The position numbers were made by a program, and so were the translations under genes. A DNA stretch of 64,000 nucleotides from an uncultured Acidimicrobiaceae bacterium. GTDB taxonomy: Bacteria; Actinomycetota; Acidimicrobiia; Acidimicrobiales; RAAP-2. This document shows positions 28,150 through 37,227 of the stretch, one piece after another. The notes beneath the pieces are model-generated. The model saw only the letters and a list, made by a program, of their open reading frames with translations, was not told where the DNA came from and did no database searches. The DNA lies in the NCBI GenBank assembly GCA_963782415.1, contig CAWAJT010000008.1, positions 67,105 to 131,104 of the forward strand. Reading direction: 5' to 3'. Within the stretch, counting starts at the first letter, position 1. Each line of letters begins with the position of its first letter.

Positions 28150-30582
28150 ATGGCGGAGGCTTCTCAGGATGCCGTGGTGACACCTGCCCAAGGCGCCATG
28201 CCCGAACCGCCGGTTCGAGCGGCGTCGACGCGGCACCAGCGGATGGATCCGACCAAGCTGGCCTATCTGATCGGCCCGGTGGCGTTCGCCATCGTCCTCG
28301 TCCTCATGCATTTTGGCTACGCGGCACGCGTCTCGCCGTGGGCCTGGCTCGGTATCTTCGTCGCCATCGCCGCTGTCAACGCGTGCGTGGACCACCTCTA
28401 CGCGCTCCGCCCGAGCGAGGCCACCTTCACCCTCCGCCTCGTCAGCCAGGTCGCCGCCGTCACCGTCGCCATCTATCTGACGGGGTGGGGCCCCGTGCTG
28501 TGGGCGGCGTACGCGTTCGTCGCCTTGGAGAACCTGGCCCGGGTGGGGTCGCGCGTCTGGCGTCCGATCGTGCTCTGCAGCTTGCTCGGGATGGCGATCG
28601 GGCAATTTTGCCTCTCGCAGGGCTGGTTCCCGTCGGAGTTGTCGTTCGGTGAGGCCGACTCCCTGGCGGTGATGGGCGCCTTCGTCCTCTTTTTCGTCAT
28701 CCGAATGGCCGGCGCCATCCTGGAGCAGAACGAAACGGCCATGGCGCAGAAAGAAGAGGCGGAGACGACGTTGCGCCTCAGCGAGGACCGGTTCCGCTCG
28801 CTGATTCAGAACTCGTCCGACGTGACGATGATCCTCGGCGAGGAAGGTGTCTTCCGCTACGTGTCCCCGGCGATCACCGACCTGTTGCAGTACGAGCCGG
28901 CCGAGCTGGTGGGTCGGGCGTCGACGGACTTCGTTCACCCAGAGGACCTCGACACGGTCAGGAGCGTGCTGGGCGGCGAGTTCCAAACCGGTGGCGGGAC
29001 GGCGATGCTCGGGTTCCGCCTGCTCCGCAAGGACGGCACGAGCCGCGACGTGGAGGCGGTCGTCTCCAACCAGATGGACCGCCCCTCGGTGGCCGGATAC
29101 GTCGCCAACATCCGCGACGTCACTGAGCGCAAGAAGTTCGAGGCGCTGCTGGCGCACCGCGCCCTGCACGATCCTTTGACGGGATTGGCCAACCGCCAGC
29201 TCATCCTCGACCGGGCGGAGCAGATGCTGGTGCGGGCGCGACGGTCCGGTACGCCCATGGCGGTGCTGTTCATCGACCTCGACAACTTCAAGGATTCCAA
29301 TGACTCGCTCGGTCACGGGGCGGGCGACCAGTTGCTGCAGATGGTGGCCGGTCGCCTCCTCGGCATTCTGCGCTCGGGCGACACGGTCGGGCGCCTCGGT
29401 GGCGACGAGTTCGTCATTCTGGCCGAAGGGGTCTCCTTCGCCCACGGACCCGAGACGATCGCGGAGCGGGTCCACGAGGTGCTCAGGCCGGCCTTCCACA
29501 TTCAGGGAATCGATGACATGTCGATCGCGGTGACGGCGAGCATCGGGATCGCGGTCGGGGATCGCCCCTCGGCCGAGGACCTGCTGCGCGACGCCGACAT
29601 CGCCCTGTACCGAGCCAAGGGGGGCGGCCGCGACCGGTCCGTCCTCTTCGAGCACTCCATGCAGTCGGCGGCCAAGGAGCGGCTCGTCCTCAAGTCCGAT
29701 TTGGAGTCGGCGCTCGAGCACGACGAGTTCACGCTTCTCTTCCACCCGATCTTCGACCTGGAGGAAATCCAGATCCATGGCGCCGAGGCACTGATCCGGT
29801 GGCAGCATCCGTCCCGGGGCGAGATCGCCCCCGACGCCTTCATCCCGGTACTCGAAGAGCGCGGACTCATCGTCGACGTCGGCCGGTGGGTGCTCAACGA
29901 GTCCTGCCGGGAGGCTGCCACCTGGCACCGCATGGGGCACCGGGTGAGCGTCTCGGTCAACGTGTCGATGCGTCAGCTGGACTCGGACCAGCTCGTCGAC
30001 GACGTCCGCAACGCGCTGAACGTCCACGGTCTGCCCTCCGACATGCTCATCCTGGAGGTCACCGAGACGACACTGATGCGGGACTCGGTGGCCACTGTGG
30101 CCCGGCTGAACAGCCTCAAGGCACTGGGCGTCAAGGTCGCCATCGACGACTTCGGGACGGGGTACTCGTCGCTCGCCTACCTGCGCCAGTTCCCGGTCGA
30201 CGTGCTCAAGATCGACCGGTCCTTCGTGGCCGACATGTGCCGCTCGGCCGATGCCGCCGCGCTGATCCACACGCTCATTGAGCTGGGTCGCACCCTCGGA
30301 CTCGTGACCCTGGCCGAGGGCATCGAAACTCACGAGCAGCTCGAAGGGCTCCGACGGGAGCACTGCGATCATGGCCAAGGTTTTCTCTTCTCGGGCCCGG
30401 TCGATGCAGCGGAGATCACCGCGCTGCTCGAGACCACCCGCGTCGCACAATCGCTGCCGGCGTTGGGCCCGGGCCTGTCCGGTGCCGCCGCCTCGCACTC
30501 GACGCTCGAGGCCCGCCCGCCCGTGCCGTCCGTCAGCGAGGCCGTGCCGTCCGTCAGCCAGACCGCCAGCCCGCACGCCTAA
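28150..30582 (+). CDS. membrane sensor c-di-GMP turnover protein: 5-6 TM + PAS + GGDEF + EAL
   Basis: ATG 28150 after AGAGGGG. Intact GGDEF (RLGGDEF) and EAL (EALIRW, DDFGTGYSSL) motifs; PAS segment with a PAC-like region. Confidence 0.85.
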   Translation: MAEASQDAVVTPAQGAMPEPPVRAASTRHQRMDPTKLAYLIGPVAFAIVLVLMHFGYAARVSPWAWLGIFVAIAAVNACVDHLYALRPSEATFTLRLVSQVAAVTVAIYLTGWGPVLWAAYAFVALENLARVGSRVWRPIVLCSLLGMAIGQFCLSQGWFPSELSFGEADSLAVMGAFVLFFVIRMAGAILEQNETAMAQKEEAETTLRLSEDRFRSLIQNSSDVTMILGEEGVFRYVSPAITDLLQYEPAELVGRASTDFVHPEDLDTVRSVLGGEFQTGGGTAMLGFRLLRKDGTSRDVEAVVSNQMDRPSVAGYVANIRDVTERKKFEALLAHRALHDPLTGLANRQLILDRAEQMLVRARRSGTPMAVLFIDLDNFKDSNDSLGHGAGDQLLQMVAGRLLGILRSGDTVGRLGGDEFVILAEGVSFAHGPETIAERVHEVLRPAFHIQGIDDMSIAVTASIGIAVGDRPSAEDLLRDADIALYRAKGGGRDRSVLFEHSMQSAAKERLVLKSDLESALEHDEFTLLFHPIFDLEEIQIHGAEALIRWQHPSRGEIAPDAFIPVLEERGLIVDVGRWVLNESCREAATWHRMGHRVSVSVNVSMRQLDSDQLVDDVRNALNVHGLPSDMLILEVTETTLMRDSVATVARLNSLKALGVKVAIDDFGTGYSSLAYLRQFPVDVLKIDRSFVADMCRSADAAALIHTLIELGRTLGLVTLAEGIETHEQLEGLRREHCDHGQGFLFSGPVDAAEITALLETTRVAQSLPALGPGLSGAAASHSTLEARPPVPSVSEAVPSVSQTASPHA

Positions 30583-30585
30583 GGT

Positions 30586-30605
30586 CTCGCGCAGACGGCC
30601 GCGAG
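30586..30605 (+). terminator. hairpin immediately after the GGDEF-EAL stop codon
   Basis: CTCGCG-cagacggc-CGCGAG stem-loop 4 nt downstream of the TAA stop. Confidence 0.3.
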
Positions 30606-30667
30606 CCGCCGGCGCAGAGGCCGGCGCAGCGGCGGTGGGGGGACTGGTGCCGGAACCGGCGCCCGGC

Positions 30668-31474
30668 TTATGTCCCGAGGTGGAGGGCGACGGCAGCGTC
30701 GGGTTCGAGCACCCGGAAGTTGAAACTCTCCTCGATGTAGAGGCGCACGGCGTCGGCGTCGTGATCGAGGTAGCCGATGGAGAGATCCTGCCCACACTCC
30801 ATCTGGAAGTCGCCGCCGCGCAGGCTCAGCACGACACCGCCCTCGAGCCCGGGCGCCCACACCAGGGGGCCACCGAGGATCTTACGGAGGTGGTCCAACA
30901 AGAGGTGCCCGCCGAACTCCGCGGTCTCGACGATCCGGGTGTACATGTCCGGGCAGATGGCGAGGCCGTAGGGGCCGTCGATGCCGGCCTGACGAAGGAG
31001 ATTGACGCCGCGAGCCACGCCGTCGGGTGCCGTGGCGATGTCGCCGCCGAGTGTGATGGGTTCGTGCGACGTGCTGTCGGTGATGCCGCGCTGGCCGGCC
31101 GCCTCGTAACCGTGGAAGACCATCACGTTCTCGCCCAGAGCGATCTGGCGCACGGCCTCGTCGAGCTCGGCCAGGTCCGGGTTGTTCGTCCCGCGGTCGA
31201 CGTCGTCGAGCTCGACCCGCGAGACCTTGAACTCGGTGCGCAGTTCCACCAGGGGGAGGACCACCCGCTGGGCGGCGGCCACGCCCTCGGAAGGGCCGGT
31301 GATGGACGTGATGCGGCCGAGGTCGGTGGCCGAGTGCGTCCAGCCGTGCGGACCGCCGAAGTCCACCAGCTTGCGGGCGGCGAGATAGGTCGGGAGCCGG
31401 GACTTGGCCTCGTCGTCGATGGCGTCCCAGCCGGCATCCGAAATCGGGGCCAGTTCGCGTTGGAGGTGGTTCAT
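30668..31474 (-). CDS. family 1 encapsulin nanocompartment shell protein (Linocin_M18 / HK97-fold)
   Basis: 268 aa; end-to-end similarity to the T. maritima/M. xanthus encapsulin pattern (MNHLQRELAPISDAGWDAIDDEA...; IDGPYGLAI; RGGDFQMECGQDLSIGYLDHDADAVRLYIEESFNFRV). ATG 31474 after an AAGGGAA RBS, overlapping the upstream stop (TGATG). Confidence 0.9.
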   Translation of the reverse strand: MNHLQRELAPISDAGWDAIDDEAKSRLPTYLAARKLVDFGGPHGWTHSATDLGRITSITGPSEGVAAAQRVVLPLVELRTEFKVSRVELDDVDRGTNNPDLAELDEAVRQIALGENVMVFHGYEAAGQRGITDSTSHEPITLGGDIATAPDGVARGVNLLRQAGIDGPYGLAICPDMYTRIVETAEFGGHLLLDHLRKILGGPLVWAPGLEGGVVLSLRGGDFQMECGQDLSIGYLDHDADAVRLYIEESFNFRVLEPDAAVALHLGT

Positions 31475-31851
31475 CAGGCTGTTCCCTTCAGACTCCCGAT
31501 GCCGAGCGACCCCGAGTCGCCGGCGCTCGATGTGGATCCGCCCTCGGGCTCCTGGCCGCCGTCGCCGACCTCGGTGATGGGGCCGGACGAGAACAAGAAC
31601 TTGCGCAGCTGGGCGTCGAGGGCGGCGTCGCGCCGGCGTAGCCACTCGAGGGCCATGGCGGCGTGCTCTTTCTCGTCGTCTCGGTTGTAGGCGAGGACGG
31701 CGGCCAGGCTCTCGTCCGAGGTCGCCTTCACGCGCTGGTCGTACCAGTCGATCGCCTCGAGCTCCTCGCCCAGCGACGTCATGGCGCGGTGGTAGTCGAT
31801 GCTGGCTTCGTCGAGCAGATTGAGCGGCTCGTGCAATCCCTCGCTGGCCAA
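31474..31851 (-). CDS. encapsulated ferritin-like protein (EncFtn) cargo with C-terminal encapsulin targeting peptide
   Basis: EncFtn core (EELEAIDWYDQRVKATSDESLAAVLAYNRDDEKEHAAMALEWLRRRD) and C-terminal targeting peptide ...DSGSLGIGSLKGTA. TTG 31851 after a strong GAGGAGG RBS; the longer GTG 31947 extension lacks an RBS. Confidence 0.85.
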   Translation of the reverse strand: MASEGLHEPLNLLDEASIDYHRAMTSLGEELEAIDWYDQRVKATSDESLAAVLAYNRDDEKEHAAMALEWLRRRDAALDAQLRKFLFSSGPITEVGDGGQEPEGGSTSSAGDSGSLGIGSLKGTA

Positions 31852-31863
31852 GGTTGCCTCCTC

Positions 31864-31906
31864 GCGTGTAGTTCCGTGTGTTCCGGCGTGTGCTTCGGTC
31901 GTGTGG
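31864..31906 (-). promoter_or_regulatory. four phased direct repeats CACACG (period 12-13 nt) immediately upstream of the EncFtn RBS
   Basis: Minus-strand read CACACGaccgaagCACACGccggaaCACACGgaactaCACGCG, directly 5' of GAGGAGG-TTG. Confidence 0.35.
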
Positions 31907-32133
31907 TTCTCGACAACCGGGGATGGAACGCCCCGAGCGACGCCCACAGTGAAGCACCTGCGGGTCCCCCGAGTCTACGGGACGTCCCCCGGCCCCGGTC
32001 GTGGGCCCTCCGGTGACGGTGCCGGTGTGTCGCCGGTCGCACTCTGGGAGGTGCGCGCCGGGTGCCGGCCGCGCAGGCTCCGGGGGTGGATCGGCGCCGT
32101 GGCGGCGTGCTCGGGTCGCTCCGGGTGTAACCG

Positions 32134-33334
32134 GCCCGTCCGCGCGCCGTAGCGGGCCGCAAGCGGTGACGCGCTCGACGCCGTGCAAAAGCACGCTCAA
32201 CGCGACCGTCAAGGTGACCGTCCCCAGCACGACGGTGGACTCGGCCGGTGCCAGCGTGTCGACCGCGATGAGCCCGAACACCACCGACGCCAACCCGCGC
32301 GGCCCGAACCAGCCGACGAAGCCGACCGTGGCCCGGTCGAGGCCGCTCCCGAGGAGCGCCACCGCGACGGGCACCATCCGCACGACGGTCAAGGCGAGCA
32401 GTGCGAACACGACGGTGCGCCACCCCACGTCGGCCAGCCCGGGTCCGAGCATGACGGCGCCGAACACGAACCAAACCAGGAGGGTGAGGAGCGTGCCGCC
32501 CTCCTCGGCGAAGCGCAGGTCGGCCACGTCCTCGCTCCGGTCGAGGGCGCCGAAGGCCATGCCGGCCACGAAGGCGGCGATGAAGCCGTTGGTGCCGGCG
32601 GCGACCGAGCCCGAATAGGCGAGGAGCGCAAGGGCCAGGACGGCGATCGGACGGAAGCCGGCTGCGCTCCATCCGTGGCGGGCCGCCAGCGCCAGGAGAG
32701 TGGCGCCGACCACACCCACGCCGATCCCCAGGCTGGCCCCCCCGACGAGGTCGACGACGGCGGCGGCGGGCCGGGCGCCGTGCACGGCCTCGGCACTGAC
32801 CGCTCCTGCGAGGAAGAGGTTCACGAAGGGCGTGACGATGCCGTCGTTGAGACCGCTCTCCACGTTCAAGAGGCGGCGCACCGCCGGCGGGATGCGCGTG
32901 TCGCCCATAACGGTGGCGCCCAGCGCAGCGTCGGTCGGCGCCACGATCGCGCCGATGGCGGCGGCCACCCACAGGCCGCTGCCGCCAAAGAGCAGCGCGG
33001 CCACACCGGCACCGGCACCGATGGTGAGCGGGAGCCCGATGCCCAAGAGGCGGGCGGGGAGTGCGGCATCGGCGCGCAGGGCCGCGAGGTGGACGCGGGA
33101 GGCGTCGGCGAACAACACGAGGGCGAGCGTCACCTCGGCCAACGTGAGGATCGTCGACGAGTGCAGGCTGACGTGGATCACCGCCGTCGGGCCGTGCGTC
33201 GTCGCCAGACCGAGGAGGACGAAAGCGATCGGGCCCGACACGTCCGAGCGCTCCAGCCGTGCCGAGACGAGACCCCATGCGAGGACGCAGGCCGAAAGCA
33301 CGACCAGCGAGGTGACGTTGGGCTCGTGCGTCAC
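32134..33334 (-). CDS. NhaP-type (CPA1) Na+/H+ antiporter; 3' end unresolved
   Basis: About 400 aa with 11-13 TM helices and CPA1 motifs (VRRLLNVESGLNDGIVTPFVNLFLAG). The frame has no stop and runs through ~220 aa of R/P-rich junk into the encapsulin frame, so a frameshift or an alternative end near 32140 (frame-2 stop at 31975) is likely. Confidence 0.65.
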
Positions 33335-33590
33335 GAGTGGGATCGGGCCCGAGGCGGGGCCGGCGGGGGTTCCATAGTGGCTGCCGCCAATCTTTCCTGG
33401 TCAGAGGAGAAGGATGCGCCATGGTGGCGGCCCGGGCCGCGGGCCTCGGCGGGCGGTCCGGCGCGGAGGCGAGGTGGCCTCGCCGGAAGGCGCAACCCGA
33501 GCGGCGCCATCCCTGCATTGTTTTTGGCGCGGGACTAAACATGGCAGGTCGCGTACTCGCCGACCACAGACGACAAGGAGAGCCGTTCCG

Positions 33591-33992
33591 ATGCTTGCGA
33601 CCAACTACCCGATCCTCGATGCCTTTTTGACGATGCTGTACTTCTTCCTCTTCATCATCTGGATCTGGTTGCTGATCATGGTCTTCATGGACGTCTTCCG
33701 CAGCCACGACATCGGCGGCTTGGCCAAGGCGCTGTGGGTGATCTTCATCATCGTCCTGCCGTTCCTCGGCGTCTTCGTCTACCTCATCGCCCGGGGAGGA
33801 AAGATGCACGAGCGGGCGGCGGCGCAGGCGGCGCAACAGCAAAAGGCCTTTGACCAGTACGTCAAGCAGGCGGCGGGCACGCCAGGCGCCGACTCGGCCT
33901 CCCAGCTCTCGAAGCTGGCCGACCTCAAATCCCAGGGCGTGCTCACCGACGCCGAGTTCGAGGCCCAGAAGGCCAAGATCCTGGCCAGTTAG
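33591..33992 (+). CDS. small membrane protein with PLDc_N (cardiolipin-synthase N-terminal-like) domain + C-terminal SHOCT domain
   Basis: Two TM helices with WIWLLIMVFMDVFRS...LWVIFIIVLPFLGVFVYLIARGG, and a SHOCT motif LADLKSQGVLTDAEFEAQKAKIL. ATG 33591. Confidence 0.75.
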   Translation: MLATNYPILDAFLTMLYFFLFIIWIWLLIMVFMDVFRSHDIGGLAKALWVIFIIVLPFLGVFVYLIARGGKMHERAAAQAAQQQKAFDQYVKQAAGTPGADSASQLSKLADLKSQGVLTDAEFEAQKAKILAS

Positions 33993-34025
33993 GCAGGACG
34001 GCCCGTCACCGGGAGTAACTCGCCG

Positions 34026-35219
34026 GTGGCGGGGCAGGACGACCGAGAGCCCGAAGAGCCGCGCCCCGTCGAAGCGGAGGTGAGCGGCGCCGGCAGCACA
34101 GCTGGCAGCGACGCGATGTCGCAGCGCATCGCCACGCGTATCGAACAAGATGTCGAGTCACCCCTGCCGTGGCGGTCGATCGCGAAGAAGACCGTCTTGG
34201 TGGTGGTTGCCGGTATCACCATCTACCTGGTCTTCCCCAGCTTGGCCGAGGTCTTCGACTCCTTCCCGAAGCTGACGTCGCTCGACCCGATCTGGTTCTC
34301 CATCGCCGTCGCACTGCAGATCGCGCATTTCACCTGCACCATCGCCCTGCAGCGGATCGCGCTACGGACGACGGCCTGGTTTTCCGTCACGACGTCGCAG
34401 CTGTCGGGCAACGCCATCAGCTTGATCGTGCCCGGGGGGGCCGCCTTCGGGGCGGCGACCCAGTTCCGCATGCTGGCCGCAGCAGGGAACGATCCGGCTA
34501 CGGCGGTGGCGGGACTGACGGCCTTCTCGCTGCTCGGCATCGCCGGGTTGCTCGCCCTCCCGATCTTCGTCCTGCCGGCCATCATCGCCGGGACGCCGAT
34601 TGAGAACGGCCTCTTGCACGCGGCGCTGCTCGGGCTGGCCGCCTTCGTGCTCTTCGCCGGCTTCGGGGCGCTCGTCCTCACCCTGGACGCCCCGCTGCGC
34701 TGGGCCGGCAACGTGGTGCAGACGGTGCGCAACCGCCTGAAGCGCAAGGCTGAGCCCCTGACTGGTCTGCAGGACCGGCTCGTCTTCGAGCGCAACCGCA
34801 TCCGCAAGGTGTTGGGCCGGCGCTGGAAGGCCGCCATGCTGCTGAGCAGCGGTCGGCTCGCCTTCGACTTCGGGACGCTGCTGGCCACCATCCGGGCGAC
34901 CGGAATCAAGCCCAATCCGTCCCTTGTGCTGCTGGCCTACGCGGTGGCCGGGCTCCTCGCCCTCGTTCCCATCACGCCGGGCGGCCTCGGCATCGTCGAG
35001 GCGGGGTTGAGCGCGCTGCTCATCCTGGCCGGTATTCCCGGAGGCGACGCGGTGGTCGCCACGCTCGCCTACCGGATCATTTCGTACTGGCTGCCCATTT
35101 TCGCAGGGCCGTTCGCCTACCTCGCCTTCCGGTTGCGCTTCGGGAAGCCGGGTGGCGGCAGGCCCGATCCCGGCGACGGCGCCGGCGGTGCAGGGGGCGT
35201 CACCCTGGCGCCGGGCTGA
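34026..35219 (+). CDS. lysylphosphatidylglycerol-synthase TM-domain (flippase-like, UPF0104) membrane protein
   Basis: Eight predicted TM helices and an LPG_synthase_TM-like pattern. Starts at GTG 34026 or ATG 34116. Confidence 0.6.
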   Translation: MAGQDDREPEEPRPVEAEVSGAGSTAGSDAMSQRIATRIEQDVESPLPWRSIAKKTVLVVVAGITIYLVFPSLAEVFDSFPKLTSLDPIWFSIAVALQIAHFTCTIALQRIALRTTAWFSVTTSQLSGNAISLIVPGGAAFGAATQFRMLAAAGNDPATAVAGLTAFSLLGIAGLLALPIFVLPAIIAGTPIENGLLHAALLGLAAFVLFAGFGALVLTLDAPLRWAGNVVQTVRNRLKRKAEPLTGLQDRLVFERNRIRKVLGRRWKAAMLLSSGRLAFDFGTLLATIRATGIKPNPSLVLLAYAVAGLLALVPITPGGLGIVEAGLSALLILAGIPGGDAVVATLAYRIISYWLPIFAGPFAYLAFRLRFGKPGGGRPDPGDGAGGAGGVTLAPG

Positions 35220-35307
35220 GCGGAGAGGCGCCGGCTGGTCCTCGGCTGGCCTCGGGCGTTCGCAGGCCGGCGCAGCGTGGGCCGCCACATGCGAGACTCC
35301 ATTCCTC

Positions 35308-36789
35308 ATGTATGAGGGGACGTGGGAATCTCTGCGGACCCACCGGGTTCCCGTCTGGTTCGACGACGCGAAGCTGGGGGTCTTCATCCACTGGGGGCTC
35401 TACTCGGTTCCCGGCTGGGCGCCCCGGGTGCCCGACATTCAGCGGTTGCTCATTGAGGACGGACCGAGGCGGATGTTGCGGGAGAACCCCTACGCCGAGT
35501 GGTACCTGAACTCCATGCAGATTCGGGGCGGGCCGACGCAGCAGTATCACGCTCAGACCTACGGGGAGGACTATCCCTACGACAACTTCGTCCGCACCTT
35601 CGACGCCGCGACGGCCGGCGCCAACCTCGAGGACATCGCCGACCTGTGTCATAACGCCGGCGCGCGCTACGTGGTGCTCACCACGAAGCACCACGACGGC
35701 TTCGCGCTCTGGCCCTCGGCCATCCCGCACCCGACCAAGGGCGCGTACCACGCCCGTCGGGACCTCGTTGGCGATCTGACCGAGGCGGTGCGCGATCGGC
35801 GCATGCGCATGGGTCTGTACTACTCCGGCGGCTACGACTGGCCGTACAACAACGCGCTCCTCACGAAGGCGGCCGACGCCGTGCTGGCTGCTCCTCACGA
35901 CGAGCGCTACGTGGCCTACGTCACGGCGCACTGGCGCGAGCTCATCGACCGTTACCAACCGTCGGTGCTCTGGAACGACATCGGGTGGCCGACGGATCCC
36001 CGGCTGCCGGAGCTCTTCGCGTACTTCTACAACACCGTCAAAGAGGGCGTCATCAACGACCGGTGGAAGGAGCCGGGCCTACCGCGCAACCGACTGACGG
36101 ACGCGATCGTGCGCGGTGCCGGTGCCGCCGCCCAGGCGATGTGGCGCTTCATCCCCGAGAGTCAGAAGCACCTGACCTTCGCCGCGCCGAAGCACTACGA
36201 CTTCCGGACGCCCGAGTACGACGTCCTGCGCACGGTCACGCCACGAAAATGGGAGCTGGCGCGCGGCGTGGGCCATTCATTCGGAGCCAACCGTCACGAG
36301 CGGCCCGAGGACATCATTTCAGAGACCGAGCTGATCGAGATGTTCTGCGACGTCGTGTCGAAGAACGGCAACCTTCTCATCGGCGTCGGGCCGCGACCCG
36401 ACGGGACCATCCCCGACTCGCAGCAGGCACCGCTGCGCGGTCTCGGCGCGTGGTTGGCGGTCAACGGCGAGGCGATCTACGGGAGCCGTCCGTGGGTCGT
36501 GACCGAGTCGTCGACCGTCGATGGGACGCCCCTGCGCTTCACGAAGAGCGGCGAGGGCGTCTACGTGATGGTGATGGGGATGCCGCATTCGCGCCGCATC
36601 ACCATGCGGGCCATCGACGGCACACAGGTGCGGCGGGTGCGGTTGGTGGGGGCGGACGCGCGGCTCGAGTGGTCGGTCGAGCCCGGCGGCCACCTGACGG
36701 TCACGCTGCCCGAGCAGTTGCCCATGGCGGCCGTCACCGTGCTGGACCTGGGGCCCGACGTCCGGGCCCGGGTCGGCCAGGGGCCCTAG
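35308..36789 (+). CDS. alpha-L-fucosidase, glycoside hydrolase family 29
   Basis: GH29 motifs (FIHWGLYSVPGW; LTTKHHDGFALWPS; YYSGGYDW); no signal peptide. Confidence 0.8.
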   Translation: MYEGTWESLRTHRVPVWFDDAKLGVFIHWGLYSVPGWAPRVPDIQRLLIEDGPRRMLRENPYAEWYLNSMQIRGGPTQQYHAQTYGEDYPYDNFVRTFDAATAGANLEDIADLCHNAGARYVVLTTKHHDGFALWPSAIPHPTKGAYHARRDLVGDLTEAVRDRRMRMGLYYSGGYDWPYNNALLTKAADAVLAAPHDERYVAYVTAHWRELIDRYQPSVLWNDIGWPTDPRLPELFAYFYNTVKEGVINDRWKEPGLPRNRLTDAIVRGAGAAAQAMWRFIPESQKHLTFAAPKHYDFRTPEYDVLRTVTPRKWELARGVGHSFGANRHERPEDIISETELIEMFCDVVSKNGNLLIGVGPRPDGTIPDSQQAPLRGLGAWLAVNGEAIYGSRPWVVTESSTVDGTPLRFTKSGEGVYVMVMGMPHSRRITMRAIDGTQVRRVRLVGADARLEWSVEPGGHLTVTLPEQLPMAAVTVLDLGPDVRARVGQGP

Positions 36790-37108
36790 CACCTAGCGCC
36801 CGCGCCCTGTCGGTCGGTCGGGCCAACCGAGACCATCGCCGTGCCAACCGTGACAATGTCGTGCCGGCGGAGGTGATGAAGGGCTTTTCGAAGCAGTCCC
36901 GACATGACCATTGGCCCTAGTGGTCCGGCGCCGTGGGGACCAAGATCCCACACATGGACGAGGGTCGCCGGCGCTGCAGCGCACCTTCATCAGATCCGGC
37001 ACGATCTCGAACCGAGAAGGGCCGTTTCTTTGGTGGAACGGGGTCCCGAGCCCCCGGCGGCTCCTCGTCCAGAACGTTTCTGCCTGCATCGGCGGCGCCC
37101 GAGTCGGT

Positions 37109-37170
37109 GTCCGTGTCCCGGCGTCCGTGTCCCGGCGTCCGTGTCCCGGCGTCAGTGTCCCGGTGTCCCG
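37109..37170 (+). repeat. 4.5 copies of a 14-bp tandem repeat GTCCGTGTCCCGGC upstream of the GAP-family gene
   Basis: Perfect copies at 37109, 37123 and 37137, with degenerate copies following. Confidence 0.8.
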
Positions 37171-37227
37171 CGCCCCACCGGCTGTGACGTGTAGGTTCGG
37201 CGTGGCGTAACCAACCGGGGGTGCACA

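Noticed and set aside
30668-33334. Single 888-aa protein (antiporter-encapsulin fusion)
   Set aside because: The middle ~220 aa are R/P-rich wrong-frame junk. A separate EncFtn gene with its own RBS overlaps that segment in another frame, and the encapsulin has its own ATG and RBS. These are three separate genes.
36868-36912. 14-codon mini-ORF (MKGFSKQSRHDHWP) with GGAGGTG directly abutting the ATG
   Set aside because: The RBS spacing is 0 nt and there is no conservation evidence; probably fortuitous.
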